This document shows, one piece after another, positions 27,039 to 40,806 of a stretch of DNA of 64,000 bases. Origin of the DNA: Octopus vulgaris (taxonomy: Eukaryota); NCBI GenBank assembly GCA_951406725.2, contig OX597823.1, forward strand, positions 105,276,001 to 105,340,000, given 5' to 3'. Within the stretch, counting starts at the first letter, position 1; each line of letters begins with the position of its first letter. Made by a program: the position numbers and the translations under genes. A model generated the notes under the pieces. The model did no database searches and had not been told where the DNA came from. It worked only from the letters and a program-made list of their open reading frames with translations.

Positions 27039-27540
27039 AAGCCAGATTGACTACCTTCTCTCCAGGTAATGAGATACATGGATGCTTATATATATATATA
27101 TATGTATTACATAAGCCAGATTGACTACCTTCTCTCCAGGTAATGAGATACATGGATGCTTAAAAATGCAAAGTCTTTCCCAGGTGAAGAGTGTGCAACC
27201 CAACATACGTTACTAGTTATCGACTTCTGAATTAGAGCTAGAAAGACCTGGGGAAATAAGCCAATATGGAAAGACTATGAAAGCTTAAAGACCCAGCGAA
27301 CAGACAAAATTTTGAGATTTGCTAATGGAAGCTTCTGATGAAAGAGAGAAAGAGTTGGGGACATATACCTTAGAGGACAACTGGAAATTCTTGAGGGACA
27401 ATCTACTGAGGGCTACAGCTGAAATTTGTGGCTGGTGCAGAGTCCCAGCTAGACCAAAGGTGATGGTGGAGCAAGGGGGTTGACAGTATTATAAAAGCAA
27501 CGAGACAAGCCTGGAAGGAATGGAAAAACGGTGGAAGCAG
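27039..27540 (+). mobile_element. RTE-clade LINE fragment with a duplicated 5' junction
   Basis: SQIDYLL (present twice through a ~72-bp duplication), KSFPGEECATQHTLLVIDF, WKFLRDNLLRATAEICGW, RQAWKEWKNGGS. Confidence 0.75.
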
Positions 27541-27544
27541 TCAA

Positions 27545-27814
27545 TGGAACAGCCATCTCATGAAATTAATGTGCAAGAGGCTGAGCATTCCACACACACA
27601 TGTATGCTTAACATAGTTCTCAGGGAAATGCAGTGTGACATAGAGTGTGACTAGGCTGGTCCTTTGAAATACAGGTACTACTCATTTTTGCCAGCTGAGT
27701 GGACTGGAGCAATGTGAAATAAAAGTATCTTGGTGAAGGATAAAATGCATCACTGGGAATTGAACTTATAATGGTAAGCTGAAGGCCCCTAACCACTAAG
27801 CCACATGCCTCCAT
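27545..27814 (-). mobile_element. tRNA-derived SINE (family E)
   Basis: Minus strand GGAGGCATGTGGCTTAGTGGTTAGG...TTGCTCCAGTCCACTCAGCTGGCAAAAATG. Related copies at ~20860-21095 and 63730-64000. Confidence 0.7.
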
Positions 27815-27845
27815 GTAATATATATGTGTATGTATATATATATAT

Positions 27846-28068
27846 GGCTGTTGCCAGTACCGCCTGACTGGCCCTTGTGCCAGTGGCATGTAAAAGCACC
27901 CACTACACTCTCGGAGTGGTTGGCATTAGGAAGGGCATCCAGCTGTAGAAACTCTGCCAGATCAGATTGGAGCCTGGTGCAGCCATCTGGTTCGCCAGTT
28001 CCCAGTCAAACCGTCCAACCCATGCCACCATGGAAAGTGGACATTAAACAATGATGATGATGATGATG

Positions 28069-28069
<1 letters not shown>
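27846..28069 (+). mobile_element. Family C SINE-like repeat
   Basis: Consensus match with (GAT)n tail. Confidence 0.8.
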
Positions 28070-28116
<47 letters not shown>

Positions 28117-28628
28117 TACATATGAGTGTTTATGTTTCCTTGCCTTACCATTGTGAAGTATTTGTAAGTGAGTGACACCATCTCACAAGCATTGTTGTTT
28201 GTTTCATGTCCTCCATAAAAACATATCCGGCTTTGGAGAAATATTACCTCGCTTAGAATTAGATGAAGGTTGGCAGCAAGAAAGGAATCTGTCTATTGAA
28301 AATCTGCTTCCAGAAATTCCATCTGTTCAATGCAGTGTCTTCTATTAGCCTTGCATTGGCCAATTCTTTGTGAATTGGAATTTGTTAACAGGAAACTGTG
28401 CAGAGGCTGTTGCATAAATGTGTGAGTGGGTGTGTTTTGCTTATGTAAGCATTGATATAAAAATCATTGATCTCTATATGGTGTCTGTTTAACTTAGCAG
28501 TTTGACAAATAGATTTTAATTAGCAGGGAGTGCTTCAGCATGGCCACTGACCTATGGGTGGAACCAATAAAAGAGTAAAATAATTTAGACGTGTGTGTAC
28601 ATGTTCACATGTATTTATGTGTGTATGA

Positions 28629-28857
28629 AGGCGGCGAGCTGGCAGAAACGTTAGCATGCTGGGTGTAATGCTTAGCAGTATTTCGTCTGCCGTTAAGTTC
28701 TGAGTTCAAATTCTGCCGAGGTCGACTTTGCCTTTCACCCTTTCGGGGTCGATCAAATAAGTACCAGTTACACACTGGGGTCGATGTAATCGACTTAATC
28801 CGTTTATCTGTCCTTGTTTGTCCCCTCTGTATTTAGCCCCTTGTGGGTAGTAAAGAA

Positions 28858-28860
<3 letters not shown>
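28629..28860 (+). mobile_element. Meta-domain SINE monomer
   Basis: GGCGGCGAGCTGGCAGAAACGTTAGC...GTGGGTAGTAAAGAAATA. Confidence 0.85.
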
Positions 28861-28888
<28 letters not shown>

Positions 28889-29680
28889 TGTGTATGCATA
28901 GTTTTGCTTATACATGCACATCAAAATGTGTGTGTGAGTATGCATGTGTGAAAGTGTGTACACGTGTCGTGCATTTTCATAACATTATTATTTTTAACCT
29001 ACTCTTTAATCTATATTCTATATTTCATCGTTTTTATACAATGTCTCAATTTATGCACATACATGTATGTGTGTATATGAATGTGTACATATGTGTAAAT
29101 ATATATCTATGTGCATGTGTTTTTACACACACACACACACACACACATGCATGCATTCATAAACGAACTAAAACTAATTCTGTCACACACATATGGAACA
29201 CACTGCTTGTGCAGTTACCTCCCCTTGCCCAGCTGCACTCTTACCTGTTTCCTTAATATATATCCCAAGACTTCTTTCATTAAATACCTCAATACACATC
29301 AGTGTATTCTTTATGTTTATTAACCAGTATTGATTTTTAAGACATAGTGACCAACACAAACTCTGTTCAGCTGAAAAAGCAGCTCTTTTACATTACAATC
29401 TTGGAAGTTTTTGTTTTCTTTTTTGTTTTGCTTTTTTTCCATTGTTAGTTTATCATTTTCCTTTCTCATTCCATATAAGCTTCAAATGGTTTCTCTCTGT
29501 TCATTGTGTGTCCATACCTGTGTGTGTTTTGCTTGTCGACATTTTTTTTTATTGCCAATGAAAGAACTAGGTTTATATAATATTCCATTCATTTTATCTT
29601 TAGTAAATGTATTCAATAATATATACCAATAATATGGGTATCAATACTTGCACATACATACATACATGTATATACGTAGC

Positions 29681-29712
<32 letters not shown>

Positions 29713-30009
29713 TGTATGTATATGTGTGTGTATGTATGTATGTATGTATGTATGTATGTATGTATGTATGTATGTATGTATGTGTATGTGCAATATGTAG
29801 CCAAATCATACAGCAATAATAACACAGCAATAATATTAACAGTAATATATTTATAGTTAAGCTATATAGCAATAATATATACACTAGTAATTTATATAGC
29901 AATTATCTACATCGTAAGGTGTTTTTGATTTTTCTCTTTAGTAACACATATGCTCTGACATTAATAGAATTTTCCTCTTTATTGTATGTATGGTTGTGTA
30001 TATGCGTGA

Positions 30010-30042
<33 letters not shown>

Positions 30043-30164
30043 ATTTTATATGTTTTTATGCAAATATATAAATACATGTGTGGGTGTATGTATGGTTGTT
30101 AGTAAGTATATTTTATGTGTCCCTTCATAGGCTTGTGTGCATATGTGTGTGTGTGTATATACAC

Positions 30165-30221
<57 letters not shown>

Positions 30222-30231
30222 TATATACATA

Positions 30232-30269
<38 letters not shown>

Positions 30270-30279
30270 TATATACATA

Positions 30280-30318
<39 letters not shown>

Positions 30319-31261
30319 CATATATATATATATATTTGTGTATCTGTTTCTGTGTGTATGTTTATCTCTATATTATGTGACACTCGTCAGTATATATAGA
30401 TTTTTGCACATGTGTACAAAAAAATGTTAATATGTGTATATGGCAGTGTTATTTTTTGAGTGTGTGTATATATATATATGTAATAGAGTTAATTGCTGAG
30501 CATGTATGCATAATGTGTATGTATAATATTCATAGTTGATTACAGTGTAGAGGTGTGCATATAATAATCTTAATGGGTAAATGTGTGTAGAGTGTGTATG
30601 GTAGCTATAGTGAATAAGCTTGTATATGTATGTATATGTAATAGTGTTAGCGAGTAAGTGTATATATGTGTATATAAGCATTTGTAGGTAAATGTGTATG
30701 TTTTTATGCATATGACAGTGGTTACATGTAGTAGATTAGTTTGTTTATGTGAGCTGTATATGAATGTGTATATATATATATGAGTACAACAGTTTTAGCA
30801 AGGAATTCTATGTGTATAACACTTTTTATATTAGGTTATGTATGAAGGCTACAGCAGCCTGTGGTCCACTACAACCTGGTGCACAGTCAAGTCCTTAGTC
30901 ACTAAATCCTCTCTGTCACCAGGCTTGCTTAATGAAGAGAGTGGTTACAAACCAAAAATAATGCCCTTTGAAAGAACAGATGAGCATTATGTTAGGTCAT
31001 CAACTATCTAATGATAGTCTGAATGCTTATAAGTTCTGGATTAGAATCCAGTCTATAGTAAGACCATTGGAAATGCAGTACAGCTTAACTTTTGTTAAAG
31101 TATGTCTCAACACCAGCAGTATAACTGGGTGAACATTCTGGGCTTCACAGTTTCCAATGATCAGACAAGGAATAGGATAACTACAAGCGTAAATCGTCAC
31201 TGCTTGTGAGTGCCTATGAAGAGGCAAAAGCTAAGGGAGTCTGCACCCAGACAGTTTTTTG

Positions 31262-31558
31262 TTCTTTCTCAAGCCATGCCTGGCTCATAAGGGCCGGTTT
31301 CTCGGTTTCCTTGGCATATAGGTTTCCCACCTGGACGGGACGCTGGTCCTTCACAGGTGAGCTGCAAGATGCAGGAGGAAAGAGTGAGAGAAAGTTGTGG
31401 CGACAGAGTCAGCAGAAGTTTGCCATTTCCTTCTGCCGGAGCCGCGTGGAGCTTAGGTGTTTCGCTCATAAACACATACATCACCTGGTCTGAGATTAGA
31501 ACCCGTGATCCCTCAACTGCGAGTCCGCTGCTCTTACCACTAGGCCATGTGCCTCCAC
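31262..31558 (-). mobile_element. tRNA-derived SINE (family D), full length, with V-domain-like motif
   Basis: tRNA-like head and internal CCTGTGAAGGACCAGCGTCCCGTCCAGG, resembling the V-SINE domain. Confidence 0.7.
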
Positions 31559-32291
31559 CACCCAGACAGTACATTGGATCGAAAGAGAACTTGAGGTCTA
31601 CTGATTGTATTCATCCCCAAATGAGGATGCAGATGCAACACAGTTGTATCTGAATCACCTCCACCTCAGTGATGAAGATGGGTACATTGATCCATGACTC
31701 TGTGAGTACTCATGTAAATGTGCATAAGATTTACATGATGTATATGTTTATAATACAGTGTTACTATATAAGTGCTTATGCTTACATATAAATGTATATA
31801 TATACACACACTAAGACACATGCTACACAGGGGAGATGTTTAGATGATGGGGATGCCTGGAAAAGTTAAACTGGTTCACAGCACGCTGGCAGGCACCTGC
31901 AAAAAGATCAGCTGCTTGGAACTGGCCAGGAGCTGGCATCCAGTGGGATCGTTGGCGGCCCAGGTGGTGAAGCAGTCCTCCTTATTAGATGTAGGGAACA
32001 ACTCCAGGGAACAAAAACTGTTACAGTAATGATAGAAAAGCAGAGACAAGAGATAGTGTGGCAGTGGGACAGAGGCTGGGGCTTGTCTGTGAGTGATTTT
32101 TATGCCAGGAAGCCACATGGTCCCTTTCTGGATATAATTTTTTACACTCATTCCACTGTCCAGTTTATTCCTGCATGCCAGTGACACCAGAGCATGAAGT
32201 CATTGGTATAGATGTGCAGCTTCTTTTCATACGTATCTTACATATCAAATATGATGACAGGGTAAAAATTTGAATGAAAATTAAATGAATG

Positions 32292-32738
32292 AATGAAATT
32301 ATTGTGTACAGTGCTCAGGTGCACCACAACTTGTTAAAAGTGCATATAAAGAATATGCAGTAATGCACAAATGTCTGGCAAGTGAACAGTGTATCAGTCA
32401 GATACATGCTTGTGTGTGTATGGAGGGGAGAAAATCAGGTGTAGTGTTGGCGAATCTCAGGAAGCATGGAAGTTTTGAAGAATGCAGTGCACCAACAACT
32501 AACAACTGATGCTGGCAGTTTGTTCCATGCTTCAGCAACTCTTAACATGAAAAAATGTATTTCGAAAGTCATGGGAGCTGTGCTGTTTCCTGACTTTGTA
32601 AACATGTCCACAGGTGTTAGACAGGTGGAGTTTGAAAAGGTGTTCAGAGTTATTGTTTGTAAGATGGTTAATAATTTTATGAGTGTCTGTCAAGTTAGCT
32701 GCCAGACAACGTCAGAGTTTCAATGTATCCATGCCCAG
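32292..32738 (-). mobile_element. CR1-like LINE 3' fragment
   Basis: Reverse-complement copy of the 38145-38590 ORF end and 3' UTR. Confidence 0.85.
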
Positions 32739-32744
32739 GATAGT

Positions 32745-33007
32745 AAACATTTGACTCTTGTCTGGACAGAAAACGTTTGACTCATATCTGGACAGAAAAC
32801 GTTTGACTCATGTCTGGACAGAAAACGTTTGACTCATGTCTGGACAGAAAACGTTTGACTCATGTCTGGACAGAAAACGTTCGACTCATATCTGGACAGA
32901 AAACGTTTGACTCCTGTCTGGACAGAAAACGTTTGACTCATGTCTGGACAGAAAACGTTTGACTCATATCTAGACAGAAAACGTTTGACTCATGTCTGGA
33001 CAGAAAA
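32745..33007. repeat. 26-bp minisatellite, 10 copies (AAACGTTTGACTCATGTCTGGACAGA)
   Basis: Head-to-tail units without spacers. Confidence 0.95.
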
Positions 33008-33814
33008 AGTAGGTGCTTGAACTTGGTATGTCAAGTGTCATGCAGGGAAAGGCGTACAGAAAAACTCCATACAGAGGAGTTGAAATCTTGTTTTGATTCA
33101 CAGTCAAGGCCTCTTCCTTAATTTTCTCTTCTAGAGATCTTCAGAAAGGTATAAAATTGACATAGATTCCTTGTTAGGTTTTCTTTCCAAAATAAAGGAA
33201 GATTTGCACCTAGTCACATGAAGCAAATATTCTTTTTGTTAATTTGGTTTGACTTTCAAACAACGAAACATATTAATTTATTATGATGCAGTTATGTTTC
33301 CATAGTAACGTCTCTAAATAGAAAACTACTGCTTTAACATAACCACACAAAAATATCTGTGGCTGCATATGAAAATATCTGCAGGTATCTGCGTATGTAT
33401 GTGTGAATGAATGTGTTTGTGTATGCAACTATGCTTAGATGCTGCTGTTTTCAATGTGTGTGTGTATGTGTGTGTGTGTGTATGTATGTGTGTGTGTGTA
33501 TGTGTGTGTGTCCATGCAAGTACATGTTTTATGTGTCAAGTTTATGATGCAAAGATAGATAATTCTGCTAAAAAGTGACATAATTTAATCTAGCATACTG
33601 GCTTCAGATATGTAAATATTAGTAGATCATAAGATATGTCTGAAAATTTAATATGTAATGTATGAGTGTGTCTATTTATATATCATCATAGTCACCATCA
33701 TATATATATATATACATACATACATAAGTTCCTACCGATAATGGTTATATTTCCTTACCAAAATCTACCCGGAAATATTTGTTGGTTTTTTAAAAATTAA
33801 TAATTATTTACCCT

Positions 33815-33850
<36 letters not shown>

Positions 33851-33855
<5 letters not shown>

Positions 33856-34270
33856 CAAAGCAAGCAACAAGGATATCCAGAGGTAATGCAGTACGATTGT
33901 TTCATGCGACTCCATTTAATTGAACAATGCAAGTATTACATCAGTTTTAAAAAATGTAGAGCAATCTACTTACCCTCTTTGTGATTTTGGTTAATGGAAT
34001 AACTATAAAAATGAATCTTTTGAATTTAACTAAATTCTATATTTTTATGCAGCTGAAGATTGCTCTACATTTTAAAACTGATGTAATATTTGCATTGTTC
34101 AATTAAATGATGTCACATGAAACGATCGTACTGCATTACCTCTGGATATCCTTGTTGCTTATTTTGATTATAATCACCCCATTTTGAATTATATGGATAA
34201 TACCATACCAAATTCTGGTGCCTTTAACTTAAGTACCATATTCAACTGAATCTAAATTTTTACTGAACTT
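33851..34270 (+). mobile_element. Penelope-like pLTR remnant with inverted partial copy, flanked by (TA)n
   Basis: 33851-33967 is the reverse complement of 34057-34172. Same family as 6225-6415 and 3665-3740. Confidence 0.65.
34047..34136 (+). ncRNA. Type-I hammerhead motif with long stem II
   Basis: ATGCAG CTGAAGA [59 nt] GAA ACGATCGT A CTGCAT. Confidence 0.75.
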
Positions 34271-34445
34271 ATATATATATATATATATCACTTAATATAC
34301 ACAGGACTTAAATGTGAGTTACTATAAGTTTCAGACTTCTGATAATATAGTAGTTGGACAAGCTTGTATAGTGTACTGTGTATTATTGGACAATTAGATT
34401 TGTACATATGTATATGTGTGTTAATGTGTGTGTGTGTGTGTTTGT

Positions 34446-34496
<51 letters not shown>

Positions 34497-35076
34497 AATC
34501 TATGTATATATACATTTAATGTTTATTAATTGAATTGAATGAATGAAGAATAAATTTTTCATTTATTTGATGGCTGTTTTTCCATGCAAGTAGGCACTCG
34601 ATGAGGAGTTAATTGATGCAGAATATCACAGCTGGGTGCTCTTCATGTTACCAACACTCACCTGGTTTTGCAAATAAGAGATTTATGTATCCCACATGTC
34701 TTTCAAAGTGCAGACAACTGGTCAATATGTGAACGGGGAATGTCAGCATCACTGCTGTTTTGCTCACATTGCAGCAGGCAAAATACAAGCGTTTACATAC
34801 ACATGCACACATATACAAATACAGACACACACACACACACACACACACGTACATATTCACATATTCACACATGCACATCCACACATCACACACATGCACA
34901 CACACATCCACATATTACACATCCATACATACATCTCTCTCTCTCTCTCTCACACACACACGTACATATTCACATATTCACACATGCACATCCATACATC
35001 ACACACACATGCACACACACACACATACACACATACACACACACATATATCCACATATCACACATCCATACATCTT

Positions 35077-35114
<38 letters not shown>

Positions 35115-36040
35115 ATGGTGAGCTTACCAGACTTTCTGAACTTTCAAATTCATTCACAAGGCAGGGGTCAGCCTGAGATGATGCTTGCCCTAAGTGTTGT
35201 GCCAATGGGGACTAAACCAAAACAACCAATGATGTGGTAGAGCGAACTTCTTAATGACACAGTATTATGTACCCTGCTGACCTTTCTCATTGGTAAAACA
35301 GCTTTTTTCAGTGAGAGAAAAACTATCCAGTCGCTGATAAAGTGTTAACAAATGTTGAAATTTGTCTGATTGTTCTTTTCTTTTCTTTTTGCTTTTTCTG
35401 ACTACACAGACAGGAAAAAAAAGCAAAGCTCAACTACTGTGAAAGTACATCAGTTTAACCACTGCGTTTATTTTTTTACAGTGGGGTTAAATCTTGTGTC
35501 AGTTAAACACACACTCTTAAAACATTTCCCTGCATTTCTGCATGCACACACATACACATGTACACATGCACATGCACACATGCATACACACACAAACACA
35601 CACATGCAGTTAACCTTGTCTCAGTAATGCTACTCTCATCATTGGTGAAGAAGTGGGGGGGAAAAAGCAATATTTAAAGATATTGGTTTAAAGTTTTAAT
35701 ACCTGATATTATATGTTCGTTACATGGCCTATAATATTGATTGCCATTCATCATTTTTATGTATCAGGAAAGATCTTGGGGAAAGAATTTGGGGTATATA
35801 GCAACAATTTGAAATGAATATATTCTTCTTGTTTAGAAGTGGCGAAGCAGATGGTGTGAAGATTTTATGCAAGACAGAGAACTGAATATTTTAACCAATT
35901 TCCAAATGTAATTTCTCTTTCCAAAGCAGCTCATGTGATGATTGCGTTTCCCCTTCATTGCTTGATTTTCAGATTGATTTAGAAAGTGTCACTCCAAGCT
36001 GTTTTCCAAGTGATGGTCATGCTCAGTCAGCAAATTTAAG

Positions 36041-36080
<40 letters not shown>

Positions 36081-36489
36081 CATATAACCCCAGGTTAGCT
36101 CTAATGAAACGGACCTATGATCAGATGTATTCCATTCATGGCCATCTCATTTGTTTTTTGTTCTGTGCGAAAGGAACCTAGAGCCACATTATCCCAATGT
36201 GTCCTTTTCTAACATGATGGTGAGATGTTATTTTGAGGGGGATTTGGCTGCTGCTTCTTGCAGGTTGAACGGCCACATAGTGGTTCCCTTATTGATTTGA
36301 GATGATTTATATAATTGATCAAGATAGCTACATGGATGTTAGCATGGTAGTGCCACCATACTTCAACAATTTCTTTTTGCCTCTTTACTTTATGTTGGAC
36401 TGTTTACAACATTTTTGCATCATGACACTTGACAAAGCTGGACATGTCTGAGATGCAACTGATGTTTATCTTAATGCTGTTTTTTTTCT

Positions 36490-36772
36490 ATTATCATCAT
36501 CATCATATTCATCATCATCATCATTAATATCATCATCGTCATCATCATTATCATCATCATCATCATTGTCATCGTTGTTGTCATCATGATCATCTCAATA
36601 TCATCATCATCATCATCATCATCGTCATCATCGTTATCATCATCATCATCGTTGTCATCATCATTATCATTGTCATCATCATTAATATCATCATAATTGT
36701 CATCATCATCATCATCATCATCGTCGTCGTCGTCATCATCATTAATATCATCATAATTGTCATCATCATCAT
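36490..36772. repeat. (ATC)n compound microsatellite
   Basis: Directly visible. Confidence 0.95.
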
Positions 36773-37084
36773 AATTTTAATGTCAACTTTCCCAGGCAGA
36801 ATGTCGTCGAGGCAGAGTTTTCTCCGGCTGGATACCATTCTGGTCACCATCCCTCACCTGTTCCCAAGTAAGGTAATATTTCTCCATAACTAGATATCTT
36901 TTCATGGAATTGGCAGGAATGAAGAACACCACTTGCACCATGGAGACATACACTTATAACTATCATGTGAATTTCTTATAGAATTTGAGATTCAGGTTTA
37001 TTTTCCGTGATCTTTAGTGAAAACTGTGCTGAAGCTTGTGATATAGATCCCATGATTTTAGATGTCATTCTCTTTTCAGTTACC

Positions 37085-37346
37085 CACTAGCATAGCTAGA
37101 GGGGTGGCAGAGGGAGCAGTCCACCCCAGGTGACACTTTTATGGAGGTGGCACCACTTTTGGGTCTGAGGCAGGATAAAGTCTGTACAGGCTGGATTGGA
37201 ATCAAATAATAGTGGTTTTAATGTCAGGACACAGACATTTCTCACCATTAAATGCAACAACCAATATAGTCACTGTGCAATATGTATTTTTCATAGGGGG
37301 CCTAGGGGTAGTAAACTGGGTGGCACAAACTCTAGCTTTATCACTG
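37085..37346. mobile_element. Possible hAT-type MITE
   Basis: Degenerate terminal inverted pair CACTAGCATAGCTAGA / TCTAGCTTTATCACTG with GC-rich subterminal blocks. Confidence 0.4.
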
Positions 37347-37889
37347 CAGTTAACATGGACTCATGTATACATACAAGCATGTGTCCACACACACACACAC
37401 ACACGTGCACACGCACACACATACACACACACACATGCACAACCATGCACCCACAGACACAGAAACCAAAATATGTATCTATAGTATTTACTTCTGTTTT
37501 TCAATGCTGTCATGGGTTGGACTTTCTTGATGTGGTATGGTTTGCCATTGAAGACTCTAATGCATTTGTGGGGTGGAACTTGTTTAATGGCCAAACAAAC
37601 TTCAGAAAGCAGTAATATGATGCCATCACTGTTTGTTTTTGGACACCCTGTATCTATCTTTGACTTTATTATCATGTGTAGTTTTTTTTTTTTAGATGAT
37701 TAGATGGAATTTAAGGGTGATTTGATATTTTTGCTTTTGGTTTATCATTTATATTTTACTTGTTTCAGTCATGCTGGAGCATCCCCTTGAAAGGGTTTAG
37801 TAGAAAAATTGAACCCCAGTACTTATATTTTAAATCTGCAACTTATTCTGTTTGTGTCTTTTACCAGACTGCTAAGTTATGGGCATGCG

Positions 37890-38590
37890 TTGAATGAAAC
37901 ACATTGCTAAGTTGCCAAGAAGGCTGAGGGTGTTTTGGAATCACTCACCAAGTCTTTTGTGAGCTGCTCTTCGGCTATTTATCTGCGGCTTTATATAGCT
38001 ATGGACCTCACCTGGAATTTGCATCACCGGTCTGGAACCCCTATCTTGCCCAGGATATTAATCGTCTGGAAGCCGTTCAGCAACGTGCAACCAAGAGAAT
38101 ACCCTCCATCAGGCATTTGCCATGTTCTGAACGCCTTACTTCTCTGGGCATGGATACATTGAAATTCCGACGTCTGACAGCTGACTTGGCAGACACCCAT
38201 AAAATTATTAACCATCTTACAAACAATAACTCTGAGCACCTTTTCAAACTCCATCTGTCTAACACCCATGGACATGTTTACAAAGTCAGAAAACAGCACA
38301 GATCCTTCCATGACTTTCGGAAACATTTTTTCACGCTAAGAGTTGCTGAAGTATGGAACAAACTGCCGGCATCAGTTGTTAGTTGTTGGAGCACAGCATC
38401 CTTCAAAACTTCCATGTTTCCTGAGATTTGCCAACACTACACCTGATTTTCTCCCCACCATATACACGCGAGCATGTATCTGACTCATACACTGTTCACT
38501 TCCCAGACATTTGTACATTACTGCATATTCTTTATACACACTTTTGATAAGTTGTGGTGCACCTGAGCACTGTATACAATAATTTCATTA
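37890..38590 (+). mobile_element. CR1-like LINE 3' fragment ending in (ATT)n
   Basis: PHLEFASPVWNPYLAQDINRLEAVQQRATKRIP...ERLTSLGMDTLKFRRL...FFTLRVAEVWNKLP, a typical CR1 ORF2 C-terminus. Confidence 0.9.
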
Positions 38591-38611
38591 TTATTATTAT
38601 TATTGTTGTTG

Positions 38612-38691
<80 letters not shown>

Positions 38692-38694
<3 letters not shown>

Positions 38695-39022
38695 TAGTTT
38701 TATTTTTATAGCGTGCTTTCACTTCACTACCGAGCGCAGCTCTGTGTGCCTTAGGTATGTGCTGTGATTTGTTGTGATACTCTGATGGTTATTGTATGGA
38801 AAGTGTTCTGCGTAGGATGTGTGCAGTGCCTAGTAGTGCAATTTTCTGTATGTTATATGTGTTTGTAAGTCCTGGTGTTTTTGTTATGTATTTGTCTGAA
38901 TATTGTTTTATCATGCCTAGTGCACCTACTATGATAGGAATTGTTTCTGTTTTTAGATTCCACATTCTGGTTACCTCTATTTCCAGGTCTTTGCATTTTG
39001 AAAGTTTCTCCATTTCTTTTAG
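38692..39022 (-). mobile_element. R4/Dong-like non-LTR retrotransposon 3' fragment
   Basis: EKLSKCKDLEIEVTRMW...IPIIVGALG...IQKIALLGTAHILRRTL (restriction-like endonuclease end). The 3' UTR abuts (TAA)n. Confidence 0.85.
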
Positions 39023-39059
39023 AGACTTATTTTTATTATTACTTACTTACTTTACTTTA

Positions 39060-39242
39060 CTTTTACTTGTTTCAGTCATTTGACTGTGGCCATGCTAGAC
39101 ACCGCTTTTAGTCGAGCAGCTCAACCCCGGTACTTATTCATTGTAAGCCCAGTACTTATTCTATCGGTCTCTTTTGCCGAACCGCTAAGTGACGGGGACA
39201 TAAACACACCAGCATGCTAGGGGGACAAACACAGACACACAA

Positions 39243-39283
<41 letters not shown>

Positions 39284-39445
39284 CATGCATACGACAGGCT
39301 TCTTTCAGTTTCCGTCTACCAAATCCACTCACAAGGCTTTGGTCGGCCCGAGGCTATAGTAGAAGACATTTGCCCAAGATGCCACGCAGTCGGACTGAAC
39401 CCGGAACCATGTAGTTCATAAGCAAGCTACTTACCACACAGCCAC

Positions 39446-39446
<1 letters not shown>
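39060..39446 (-). mobile_element. Family A SINE
   Basis: Near full-length match. Confidence 0.85.
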
Positions 39447-39503
<57 letters not shown>

Positions 39504-39774
39504 TGGAGTCACTGTAATCCCTTCCCACAAAATTTTCGGGCCTTGTGGCTCTAGTGGAAAGAATTATTTTTACTGTCATCATCATCATCATCATCATTCT
39601 CATTGTTTATGGTGGCGATCTGTCAAAACTGCTAACAAGCTGGACAAAATGCTTAGTGGCATGTTTTCTGACTCAACACATTCTGAGCTAAAATTCTTAT
39701 TTCTTTACTGCCCATTAGGGGCTACACACAAAGGGGACAAACAAGGACAGACAAACGGATTAAGTCGATTATAT

Positions 39775-39841
<67 letters not shown>

Positions 39842-40409
39842 ACACATGATGGGCTTCCATTCAGTTTCTGTCTACCAAATCCACTCACAAGGCATTGCAC
39901 TCTCTGGAGCTATAGTAGAAGACCTTTACCCAAGGTGTTGCACTACGGGACTGAACCCAAAACCATGGAGCTGCAAAGCAAGCTTCTTACCAAACAGCCA
40001 TACCACGTCTACATCTTTTCCATTTTGTTTTTTACTGTTGTTTTAAATGGTTGTGATATACGAGTATGAAAGAGGAATTAGATAGGGATTAGGAGTTAAA
40101 CGTAGATATATAAGGTTATTGAGATTACTTAAGGGGCATTGTGGAAATATACTGCATGGTCATTTAGGCATTTGGATTTGTGGTAGAATTTGAATGTGTG
40201 AAAAAAGCAGTGGTTGCATGTGCTTAGTGCCTCATTTTGTTTATTTAACAGTGTTGAAGAGTTGTGCTTTAATATGTGAAGTGCCTCTTTCAAGCAAAAC
40301 TTGCAGGTTGAGTGTTGACCTCAGTAAGGAAGCTCTGAATGCAGTATGGACCATGATATACATGTATATATAAATATATACATGTGTGTATATATATTCT
40401 TTTCTTTCT

Positions 40410-40806
<397 letters not shown>

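Noticed and set aside
31844-32187. GC-richer segment faintly resembling a Gypsy protease region
   Set aside because: No D(T/S)G motif or LTRs are visible, and the similarity is too weak to call without a search.
32745-33007. CRISPR-like array
   Set aside because: Units are contiguous with no unique spacers, there are no cas genes, and the context is eukaryotic.
35934-36030. Box C (GTGATGA) snoRNA candidate
   Set aside because: No suitably placed box D or terminal stem.
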